DNA from: an uncultured delta proteobacterium
Lineage (GTDB): Bacteria > Myxococcota > Myxococcia > SLRQ01
Length of the DNA stretch: 64,000 nt
Assembly: GCA_963727485.1 (NCBI GenBank)
Contig: CAVSGM010000002.1
Span: 32,001 to 96,000 of the forward strand
Direction of reading: 5' to 3'
Part shown: in pieces, positions 1 to 8,300 of the stretch
How the letters are laid out: each line of letters starts with the position of its first letter
Position numbering within the stretch: the first letter of the stretch is position 1
Notes under the pieces: generated by a model
What the model saw: the letters and a program-made list of their open reading frames with translations, nothing else
Databases searched by the model: none
Told to the model about the DNA's origin: nothing
Made by a program: the position numbers and the translations under genes

Positions 1-726
1 GCGGCGGCGACCGCGGCGGTGAGGGCCCGGCCCGCCACCGGGAAGGTGCGGGCGAAGCGCGCGGCGCCGTCCTCGAGCACCATGAGGGTGGTGGTGCTGT
101 GGCCGATGTCGAGGACCGCCTCGGTGCGGGTCTGGGGCACCAGCGGCGGCGGCTCGCCCTCCAAGGTGGGCTCGGGGGCCGGCGGCGGGGGCAGGGGCCG
201 GATGACCCCGTGGGCGAAGAGGTTCTGGTAGGCCAGCGACGCCAGGCTCATCACCCGGGGGTCGAGGCCCACCTCCTCGAGGCGCGCCAGGAGGTCGGCG
301 AGGAACGCCTTGCGGGCCACCGCCACCAGCACGTCGCTCTTGCCGTCACGCTGGGCCAGGACCTGGTAGTCGAAGACCACCTCGTCGAGATCGAAGGGGA
401 TCTGGTCCTCGAGCTCGAAGGGCAGGGTCTGCTCAATCTTGCGGGTGTCGGTGAAGGGCATGGTGAGGACGTGCGCCGCCACCTCGCTCCCGGGGACCGC
501 GGTGACCACCGCGTCGGCCTTGAACCCGGCGAGCTCGGTCTCCGAGAGGCCGGCGAGGGCCTCGGCGAGGCGGTCGTGGAGCGGTCGCACCTCCTCGGCG
601 CCCTCGTCCTGGGGGACCGGGGCGCGTGAGGTAGCGCTTCACCGCGAAGCTTCTGAAGGTACCCTCGAGGACCACCGCCTTCACCTGGCGGCTTCCGAGA
701 TCGAGGCCGAGGATCTTCTGGGCCAA
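1..726 (-). CDS. gspL: Type II secretion protein GspL (PilM/actin-like N-terminal domain); truncated by window edge; +1 frameshift near 624-626
   Basis: TTG start 2 nt after gspK stop gives (M)AQKILGLDLGSRQVKAVVLEG; after a frame change it continues ...MPFTDTRKIEQTLPFELEDQIPFDLDEVVFDYQ...AVLDIGHSTT; position after gspK. Confidence 0.8.
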
Positions 727-728
727 GG

Positions 729-2099
729 CTAGCGTTCCTCCCAGTGCAGCAGGCGGCCCAGGGGGTTGGAGCCGTCCATGCGCACCACGGCGATGATGGT
801 CTTGTTGACGTCGCCGGCGGTGCCGGTCGCCTTGATGGTGAAGGTGTCCGAGCTCGAGCCGAACAGGGCGTTGGGCCCGCTCCAGATGAAGCGGTTCACC
901 TGGATGCCGTTGGACTCGAGGATGCTGCGGAAGTCCTTGGGCTGCATCCCCAGGAACGGCATCATCCCCCGCTGGAGCTGGATCTGCTGCCAGAGGTTGG
1001 TCATCACCACCGGGTCCGAGCAGCTCTGGGCCGCGGTCACCGGGTTGTCCGCGGCGATGACCATCTTCAGGCACAGGTCCGCGGGGCTGGTGGGGGTGAC
1101 GTTCATCTTGGCGTTCTTGTCGGTGTAGACGGTGAGCCGGTCCCCGAACGCCGCCATGAAGTAGTCGCCGATCCCGGGGATCTGGTAGAGCTCGTCGAGG
1201 CTGTCCAGCGGCGCGTTCTTCGGCTTGTAGGGGGGATCGTAGCGGCTGTAGTAGTAGCTCTCGTCGCCGGAGCCGGTGACGAAGGACGGGCCGTTGGCGC
1301 CCATGAGCAGGGTCTCCTGCTGCTGGTTGCCGTCGATGTAGTCGCGCATCGCCACCAAGAGGTCCCGGCGGGTCATGCGGATGCCCCAGCGGTTCTCCTG
1401 GTCGAAGAGGAAGTTGTAGCGGGGGTCCTGCATCATCGCCATCAGCTCCACCAGGGCCGCCTGCACCTGGCGGTCGAGGCCGTTGAGCTGGTTGACGTTG
1501 ATCTTGCCCTGTTCGTCGGTGATGGTCGCGTGGCAGCCGCCCTGGAAGTCGCCGAAGGGCGCGAGGTCGGCGGCCGGGGCGTCGCCGCCCTGGTTCACCG
1601 GACCGCCGGGGCCCTGGTTGGGCCCGGCGTCGCCGCCCTGGGTCATGGAGGCGAACATCCGCATCAGGTTGCAGTCGATGGGGATGAGATCCCAGAGCCG
1701 GATGCCCAGCCCGCCGCCGCCCTTGCCCGCGCCGGCGAGGCTCTGGAGCGCCGTGGGGTCGACCCCCGGGGGCAGCTTCATCGAGCCCTGGAGCGAGCCG
1801 AGGATGCCCGCGAGGCCCGGGATGTTGCCCAGGTTGTTGACCTTCTGCTGGAACGAGAGCACCAGCCGCGAGAGGTTCACCGCGCTCTCGGCGAGGTAGT
1901 GGGCCTGGAGGGCGTCCCGGGCGTTCGCCGCCAGGTGCATGTTCACCCGCTGGTGATAGGTGAACTCCACGGTGACCGCGGTGAGGATGGCGATGACCGC
2001 GGTGACCATGATCAGCGCCACCCCCCGCTGGTCGCGGATCACGCCGCCCCGTCCCCGGGGTCGCCTCGGCGGGCGCTTCTGGGTGGTCTTGGCGGGCAT
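729..2099 (-). CDS. gspK: Type II secretion minor pseudopilin GspK
   Basis: QRGVALIMVTAVIAIL prepilin-like N-terminus, ITDEQGKINVN and PKNAPLDSLDELYQIPG motifs; ATG at 2099. Confidence 0.9.
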   Translation of the reverse strand: MPAKTTQKRPPRRPRGRGGVIRDQRGVALIMVTAVIAILTAVTVEFTYHQRVNMHLAANARDALQAHYLAESAVNLSRLVLSFQQKVNNLGNIPGLAGILGSLQGSMKLPPGVDPTALQSLAGAGKGGGGLGIRLWDLIPIDCNLMRMFASMTQGGDAGPNQGPGGPVNQGGDAPAADLAPFGDFQGGCHATITDEQGKINVNQLNGLDRQVQAALVELMAMMQDPRYNFLFDQENRWGIRMTRRDLLVAMRDYIDGNQQQETLLMGANGPSFVTGSGDESYYYSRYDPPYKPKNAPLDSLDELYQIPGIGDYFMAAFGDRLTVYTDKNAKMNVTPTSPADLCLKMVIAADNPVTAAQSCSDPVVMTNLWQQIQLQRGMMPFLGMQPKDFRSILESNGIQVNRFIWSGPNALFGSSSDTFTIKATGTAGDVNKTIIAVVRMDGSNPLGRLLHWEER

Positions 2100-2104
2100 G
2101 GGTC

Positions 2105-2788
2105 TCACCAGGAGAGCGGCTGGGTGAGCTTCACCCGGGCTTCGGTGACGAAGGTGTGGGCGTGGCCGTCGGGATCGGTGCACTTGATGGTGACCCGGAT
2201 CCGCGAGGGGATGTGGCTGTGCTGGTCGGAGTCGTGGGTGTCCCAGCCGTCCTCCCAGCTCTTGTCGTCGGGGTTCCACCACTGGACGTTGAAGGCGGTG
2301 ACGTTCTCCAGCAGCACCTCCTTCACGCCCCCGCGCTGCCACTCGCCGTCGATGACGTTCTTCTGGCGGCGGAAGAGGTCGGTGTGGCCGTCGTCGTCGG
2401 TGCCCACGGTGTAGTCGACGATGGCCTGGTCGCTCGACTTCTCGTCGAGGTAGAGGCGCCGGTTCACGAAGCCGGTGAAGGCGAGGCGGTCCTGGTCGCC
2501 CTGGTCGTCGATGAGGAAGAAGGTGGGGCGGTTGGCCGGGTCGTCGTCGGGGTAGCGGGTGGTGTCGTAGTCCGAGGAGATGAAGGCCTCGGAGACCTCC
2601 CGGGCGATGCGGTTCATCGCCACCCGCACCCCCTGCCACCACTCGGTGTCGGCGTCGAGCTGCTTGGTCACGCGCAGGGTCCGCCCGAAGCTCGCCCAGA
2701 TGAGGGTGCTCATGATGGCCACGATGACCACCGCCAGCGTCACCTCGATGAGGGTGAAGCCGCGGGCTGGGGGCCGGCGCCGGATCAT
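2105..2788 (-). CDS. gspJ: Type II secretion minor pseudopilin GspJ
   Basis: GFTLIEV prepilin site, W..GWD...P.R.RVT C-terminal motif, gene order. Confidence 0.88.
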   Translation of the reverse strand: MIRRRPPARGFTLIEVTLAVVIVAIMSTLIWASFGRTLRVTKQLDADTEWWQGVRVAMNRIAREVSEAFISSDYDTTRYPDDDPANRPTFFLIDDQGDQDRLAFTGFVNRRLYLDEKSSDQAIVDYTVGTDDDGHTDLFRRQKNVIDGEWQRGGVKEVLLENVTAFNVQWWNPDDKSWEDGWDTHDSDQHSHIPSRIRVTIKCTDPDGHAHTFVTEARVKLTQPLSW

Positions 2789-3540
2789 GGGATGAGGTTC
2801 CCCCCGCCCTGGCGCCGCAGCGCCGGGAGGATGCCCGACTGCTGGAGCGCCGGGGGCAGGTTGGGGAGGTTGCCGAGGCTGTTCTTGATCTGGTTGAGGC
2901 GCTGCTGCTGGGCGCTCTGCTGCTGTTGCTGCTGGCTCCCGGGGGCGCCCTGGCCGGGGACCTTGACCACGTGGGTCACCACGGTCATCGACGAGGGCCC
3001 GGTGATGTCGGTCCAGCTCACGGTGATGCGCACCTCGCGGATGCTCTGGTTCACCATGGGCCCGAGCTGGGACACCATGGGCCCGATCATCCCCGCCAGG
3101 CCCCCCTGGGCCGAGGTGGGGCCGCCGTTGTTGGGGTCGCTCGCCGAGTCGTCACTGCCCGGGATGTCTCCAGGCTTGAGGCCCATGGCCCCGCCCACCA
3201 TGCTCATCAGCTGGGTGGCGTCGACCTTGATGTCCGGCTTGACGATGTCCGCCTTCCACTTGAAGTTCGGGTAGCCATCGGCCTCGAAGGTGCCCGTCTC
3301 CTCGTCGTTGAAGTCGGGGAAGTCCTCGTCGAAGAGCTTCTCCTCCACGTCCACCATCTTGGAGCGGGCGAGGAGCGAGGCGACGGTGAGGAACTTGGAG
3401 TGGTTGTACATCCGCACCGCGCCCGAGTGCAGGTTGAGGATCGCCACCAGGCTCACCGCGAGGATGGCCATGGAGATCATCACCTCGAGGAGGGTGAAGC
3501 CCGCGGCGCCCCGGGCGCCTTGCCGGCGGCGCCTAGTCAC
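2785..3540 (-). CDS. gspI: Type II secretion minor pseudopilin GspI with Gln-rich C-terminal extension
   Basis: GFTLLEVMISMAIL, ETGTFE..YPNFKWK, IREVRITVSW; gene order. Confidence 0.85.
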   Translation of the reverse strand: MTRRRRQGARGAAGFTLLEVMISMAILAVSLVAILNLHSGAVRMYNHSKFLTVASLLARSKMVDVEEKLFDEDFPDFNDEETGTFEADGYPNFKWKADIVKPDIKVDATQLMSMVGGAMGLKPGDIPGSDDSASDPNNGGPTSAQGGLAGMIGPMVSQLGPMVNQSIREVRITVSWTDITGPSSMTVVTHVVKVPGQGAPGSQQQQQQSAQQQRLNQIKNSLGNLPNLPPALQQSGILPALRRQGGGNLIP

Positions 3541-4201
3541 GGGGCACCTCCAGCTTGCCTACGTGGACGATGGTGCGCCCGGTGAGCCCCTGCACCGTGA
3601 GGGTGTAGTCGTGGTGGTCGTCGTCCTCGAGGAAGACGTAGGCCTTCTGGGTCTCGCCCATGGGGAAGAAGTAGAGGAAGGCGTCGCCCTTGGTGACGGT
3701 CTGGGTGACCCGCCCGGTCCACACGCCCACCAGGTGGACGTTCTCCGGGAGCTTCACCGGCTGCACCGTGGAGGTGGCGAACTGGGACCACGCGGCCTTC
3801 TGCTCGATGCCCGCCTGGAACTTCTCCTCGTCGGTCTCGGGCTTGCGGTCGGCGAACGGCGAGTCGTCCTGCACGTCCCGGGCCCCGTCCCGGACGTCGG
3901 TCTGCCCGGCGGCGAGGCGCGGCGGGCCCTTGGTGCACTCGGCGGCGTAGCCCCCGTTGTCCTTGTCGCCCGAGAGGGTGAAGTGGAGCCGGCAGGTCTC
4001 CCCGGTGATCGCCGTGTGATCGTAGAGATACCGGATGGCCCCGGAGAGGCGCCCGGCCTCCTCCTTGACCTTCACCCCGGCCATCGCCTGCACCGAGGGC
4101 ATCACCAGGGCGAAGAGCCCGGCCACGATCAGCAGGGCGATCATCACCTCGATGAGGGTCATGCCGCGGGCATCGCCGCGGAGGGTGGGACGGCGGGGCA
4201 T
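3533..4201 (-). CDS. gspH: Type II secretion minor pseudopilin GspH
   Basis: GMTLIEVMI prepilin site, LYFFPMG motif, TLTVQGLTGR C-terminus; gene order. Confidence 0.82.
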   Translation of the reverse strand: MPRRPTLRGDARGMTLIEVMIALLIVAGLFALVMPSVQAMAGVKVKEEAGRLSGAIRYLYDHTAITGETCRLHFTLSGDKDNGGYAAECTKGPPRLAAGQTDVRDGARDVQDDSPFADRKPETDEEKFQAGIEQKAAWSQFATSTVQPVKLPENVHLVGVWTGRVTQTVTKGDAFLYFFPMGETQKAYVFLEDDDHHDYTLTVQGLTGRTIVHVGKLEVPRD

Positions 4202-4213
4202 GGGGACGTCGGA

Positions 4214-4594
4214 TCAGGGCTGGGCGGCCCGGGGGTGGAAGGGATCGCGGGCGGCGCCGGTCTTCAGGTCGAGGCGCACCCCGACCCCGGGGGCCACGTG
4301 GATCTCCCGGACGCCGGCGGCCGGGGGGATGGTCACGTAGGGGCCCGGTTCACCGCGCTCGCAGGGCGGGGGCGTGGCGTCGTCGGCGCCGGGGACGTAG
4401 CCCGGGTGGCGCTTCAGCCAGGGGCAGCCGTCGCCGTCGGTCGCCGCGCCCCGCTGCCAGGCGTTGCAGTGGTGGTGGCACCGGTGGCCGAAGTGCACGA
4501 CCCCCGGCCGCAGCGGCAGGCCGATGATCATCCCGCCCATGAGGCCGATGAGCACCGCCCACACCCGGCCCCGACTGCTGTCGAAGCCGGTCAC
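4214..4594 (-). CDS. Hypothetical 126-aa membrane-anchored His/Cys-rich protein between gspG and gspH
   Basis: GTG overlaps the gspG stop (GTGA coupling); fills the gap to gspH; N-terminal hydrophobic segment then HFGHRCHHHC. Confidence 0.6.
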   Translation of the reverse strand: MTGFDSSRGRVWAVLIGLMGGMIIGLPLRPGVVHFGHRCHHHCNAWQRGAATDGDGCPWLKRHPGYVPGADDATPPPCERGEPGPYVTIPPAAGVREIHVAPGVGVRLDLKTGAARDPFHPRAAQP

Positions 4595-5040
4595 TTCTTC
4601 GCCTGCTGGCCCAGCGACCCGAGGAAGAGATCCTGGTTGTCCCCGGTGCCGCCGGGCTGCCCGTCGGCGCCGTAGGTGCCGATGTCCGGGCCGTCGGAGT
4701 TCTTCACCCCCGGGAACCGGTAGATGTACGGGTGCCCCCAGGGATCCACCGGCGTCTTGCTGAGCATCTTCTCGCTCACCAGGGCCTGGATGCCCTCGTC
4801 GCTCGAGGGGTAGTGGGAGTTCTTGTTGTAGTAGAGATCCGCGGCGTTCTTGATGGTCTGGATGTCGATCTTGGCCTGCTTGACCTTGGCCTGACGCAGG
4901 CTGGGGATCACCGCCACCGCCACCGCCGCCGCCACCATCCCCAGGATGGTGATGACGATCATGATCTCGATGAGCGTCATGCCGCGGGCACCGTCGGGCT
5001 CGATCATCCGCCGGCGGACGTGACGAAGGTAGGCGTGCAT
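4591..5040 (-). CDS. gspG: Type II secretion major pseudopilin GspG
   Basis: GMTLIEIMIV, A.DLY...YPS...G..AL, P.DPWG.PY.Y..PG, YGADGQPGG.G...D motifs. Confidence 0.95.
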   Translation of the reverse strand: MHAYLRHVRRRMIEPDGARGMTLIEIMIVITILGMVAAAVAVAVIPSLRQAKVKQAKIDIQTIKNAADLYYNKNSHYPSSDEGIQALVSEKMLSKTPVDPWGHPYIYRFPGVKNSDGPDIGTYGADGQPGGTGDNQDLFLGSLGQQAKK

Positions 5041-5055
5041 CTTCTGGATCTCCTT

Positions 5056-5271
5056 CTAGTGAAGCTCGGTGTAGAGCGGGGCCTCGGCGCGGGGGCTGGG
5101 GCCGCTCGACTGGGAGTGGAAGGTGGTGGGTACGGGCTCGGGCCGCACCCGCCCGGAGACGGTGGTCCACACCAGCGCGGCGCTCACCCCGAGGAGGAGC
5201 GCGAGGAGCACGGCGCGGACGACGGTGTCGGCCCGGCCTTCGCCCTGGATGAGCTCGAGGAGGGTGGACAT
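5056..5271 (-). CDS. Hypothetical 71-aa single-pass membrane protein
   Basis: Fills gspF-gspG gap, ATG 9 nt after gspF stop, one hydrophobic helix, GC3-rich codons. Confidence 0.6.
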   Translation of the reverse strand: MSTLLELIQGEGRADTVVRAVLLALLLGVSAALVWTTVSGRVRPEPVPTTFHSQSSGPSPRAEAPLYTELH

Positions 5272-5280
5272 CAGGGGCCT

Positions 5281-6516
5281 CTAGCCGGTCACCATGGTGT
5301 TGAGCTTGAGGATCGGCATGAGGATGGAGAAGACGATGAAGGCGACGATGCCGCCCATGGCGACGATCATCACCGGCTCCAGGAGGCTGGTGAGGCTCTG
5401 GATCCGGGTCTCCACCTGGCTCTCGTAGCTGGTGGCGACGTTCATCAGCATGTCCTCGAGCTGGCCGCTTTTCTCGCCGATGGCCACCATGTGGTAGACG
5501 AGCGGCGGGAAGTAGCCCGAGCGCTTGAGCGGCGCGGCGATGGCGTCGCCCTCCTGGATGGAGGCGCGGGCCTCGTCGACGACCTTGGCCAGCACGCTGT
5601 TGTTCACCACGTTCCGGACGATCTCCAGGGCCGAGAGGATGGGCACCCCGGAGCGCAGGAGCGTGGACAGGGTCCGGGCGAAGCGGCCCATGGCGATCAT
5701 GCGGTTGAGGTCGCCGAGGATCGGGGCCCGGAGGAGAAAGCGGTCGAGGCGCTCGCGGCCGGCCTCGGTGCGCACCCAGGCCCGGAAGGCGATGATGGCG
5801 AGGACGAAGAGGATCAAGAAGAGCCACCAGTAGTCCCGCGCCAGGTTGGCGGAGAAGATCAGCGCCTTGGTGGTCCAGGGCAACGTGGCGCCCACGTCCT
5901 TGAACATCTGGGTGACCTTCGGCACCACCACGGTCATCAGGATGCCGAGGATGACCACCATGATCAGCACCATGATGGCCGGGTACATCAGGGCCCCGGA
6001 GATCTTCTGCTTGAGGCGCGCCTGCCCCTCGGTGAAGTCGGCCAGCCGCACCAGGACCACGTCGAGGGCGCCGGAGCTCTCGCCGGCGCGGACCATGTTC
6101 ACGAAGATCCGGGTGAAGATCCTGGGGTGGCTCTCCAGGGCCTCGGCGAGCGACGAGCCCTCGTTGACCCGGTCCTTCACCTGGCTGACGACCCGCTTGA
6201 GGGTGGGGTGGTCGACCTGGTCGGTGAGGGCGGCGAGCGCCTCGACCAGGGGCACCCCGGCGCCCACCAGGGTGGCGAGCTGGCGGGTCATGATCGCCAC
6301 GTCCTGGGCGCTGGCCCGGGCGCGGAGCTTGCCCAGGCTCACGTCCTGGGAGAGGACCTGGCCGGCGGACTTCTTGCCGCCCTCCTCGGTGAAGTTGGTG
6401 AGGTAGACCCCGTCACGCCGGAGCGTGCCCCGGAGCGTCCGGGGGCTCTCGGCGTCGAGGAGGCCCTTGACCTGGCGTCCGGCCTCGTTGAGGCCCTGGT
6501 ACTCGTAGACCGGCAT
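5281..6516 (-). CDS. gspF: Type II secretion inner-membrane platform GspF
   Basis: TRQLATLVGAGVPLVEAL, VRAGESSGALD, GEKSGQLE, LLEP motifs. Confidence 0.95.
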   Translation of the reverse strand: MPVYEYQGLNEAGRQVKGLLDAESPRTLRGTLRRDGVYLTNFTEEGGKKSAGQVLSQDVSLGKLRARASAQDVAIMTRQLATLVGAGVPLVEALAALTDQVDHPTLKRVVSQVKDRVNEGSSLAEALESHPRIFTRIFVNMVRAGESSGALDVVLVRLADFTEGQARLKQKISGALMYPAIMVLIMVVILGILMTVVVPKVTQMFKDVGATLPWTTKALIFSANLARDYWWLFLILFVLAIIAFRAWVRTEAGRERLDRFLLRAPILGDLNRMIAMGRFARTLSTLLRSGVPILSALEIVRNVVNNSVLAKVVDEARASIQEGDAIAAPLKRSGYFPPLVYHMVAIGEKSGQLEDMLMNVATSYESQVETRIQSLTSLLEPVMIVAMGGIVAFIVFSILMPILKLNTMVTG

Positions 6517-6520
6517 GGCG

Positions 6521-8297
6521 TCAGACGATGGTGTCCCGGGTCACCCGGAGGACCTCCTCCACGGTGGTGACCCCGGCGAGGACCTTGAGGGCGCCGTCCT
6601 GCTTGAGGGTGCGCATCCCACCCTCGACGGCGGCGTGCTTGAGGAGGTTGGAGTCGACGTTCTTGGGGATGAGGGCGCGGACCTCGTCGGTGACGTTCAT
6701 CAGCTCGTAGATCCCGCTGCGGCCCCGGTACCCGGTCTGGTTGCACTCGTTGCAGCCCACCGCCTCGTAGAGGGTGTGGGTCCGCGCCTCCTTGAGGGCG
6801 TCGCCGGTGAACCCGAGCTCCATGAGCTCCTCGTCGGTGGGCTGGTGCTCGCGCTTGCACTTGGGGCAGGCCAGGCGCACCAGCCGCTGGGCCATCAGCC
6901 CGATGAGGGAGCTGGCCACCAGGAACGGCTCCACGCCCATCTCCACCAGCCGGGTGATGGCCGAGGCGGCGTCGTTGGTGTGGAGGGTGGAGAGCACCAG
7001 GTGGCCGGTGAGGGACGCCTGGATGGCGATCTCGGCGGTCTCCTTGTCGCGGATCTCGCCGACCATGATCACGTCGGGATCCTGGCGGAGGAACGAGCGC
7101 AGCCCCCGGGCGAAGGTCCGCTCGATCTTGGCGTCGACCTGCATCTGGCCGATGCCCGAGAGCTCGTACTCGATGGGGTCCTCGACGGTGAGGATGTTCT
7201 TGTCCGGCGAGTTGATCTGCGACAGGCAGGCGTAGAGCGTGGTGGTCTTGCCGCTGCCGGTGGGGCCGGTGACCAGGATGATGCCGTGGGGCCGGTGGAT
7301 CAGCTGGGTCATGGTCTTCAGCTGGGCCTGGGAGAACCCGAGGTCCGTGAGATCCATGAGCACCGAGGACCGGTCGAGGAGCCGCATCACCACCCGCTCG
7401 CCGTGGCGCACGGGGATGGTCGACACCCGGATGTCCACGTCGCGGCCGGCGAGCTTGATGCGGATGCGGCCGTCCTGGGGCAGGCGCTTCTCGGCGATGT
7501 TCAGCCCCGCCATGACCTTGACGCGGCTGACGATGGAGGCCTGGAAGCGCTTGGGCGGCTTGATGACCTCCTGGAGCACTCCGTCGACCCGGAACCGCAC
7601 GATGAGCTCGCGCTCCTGGGGCTCGATGTGGATGTCGCTGGCGCGCTCCTTCACCGAGCGGAAGAGCAGGGAGTTGACCAGGCGGATGATCGGCGCCTCG
7701 TCGTCCGAGACGTCGAGGAGGTCCTGGGGCTCCTCGAGCTCGTGGGCGAGCTCGGCGAGGTCGTCGGTGGCCTCGAGGTCCTCGACCAGGCGCTGGGTCT
7801 CGTTGGCGGCCCGGTCGTAGATGGCGTTGATGGCGTCGATGATGGTCTGGGGCGGCGCCAGCACCGGCGAGGGCGGGGTCCCGAGGAGCAGGTGGAGGTG
7901 GTCGAGGGCTCCGAGCTCGAGGGGGTCGGCGACGGCGGTGACGATCATCCCCAGCTCGTCCCGGCGCAGCGGCAGGAGCCGGTACTGCTTGGCGAAGTTG
8001 ATGGGCACCTGGGCGACGATTCTCGGGGTCGGCGTCGTCGACGGTGATGCCCTCCATCAGCGGGAGGTCGAACTGGGCCGAGAGGGCCCGGTAGAGGTCG
8101 TCCTCGGTGATGGCCTTCATCGAGAGGAGCACCTCGCCGATGCGCCCGCCCTTCTCGGCCTGCAGGGCCAGCGCCTCCTCGACCCGCGCCGGGTCGAGGC
8201 CGCAGAGGGCCACGAGGATCTCGCCCAGGGGGTGGCCCGCGAGCCGGGCCCCGCCAAGGGTGGTCACCTGGGTTTCGAGCTGTGCCTCCTCGGACAT
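6521..8297 (-). CDS. gspE: Type II secretion ATPase GspE; +1 frameshift at 8020-8021 (likely sequencing error)
   Basis: Walker A GPTGSGKTT, LRQDPDVIMVGEIRD, HTNDA, CxxC pairs; N-terminal LGEIL/RIGEVL part (8297 ORF) joins the 6521..8008 ORF if one A is removed. Confidence 0.93.
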
Positions 8298-8300
8298 CGG

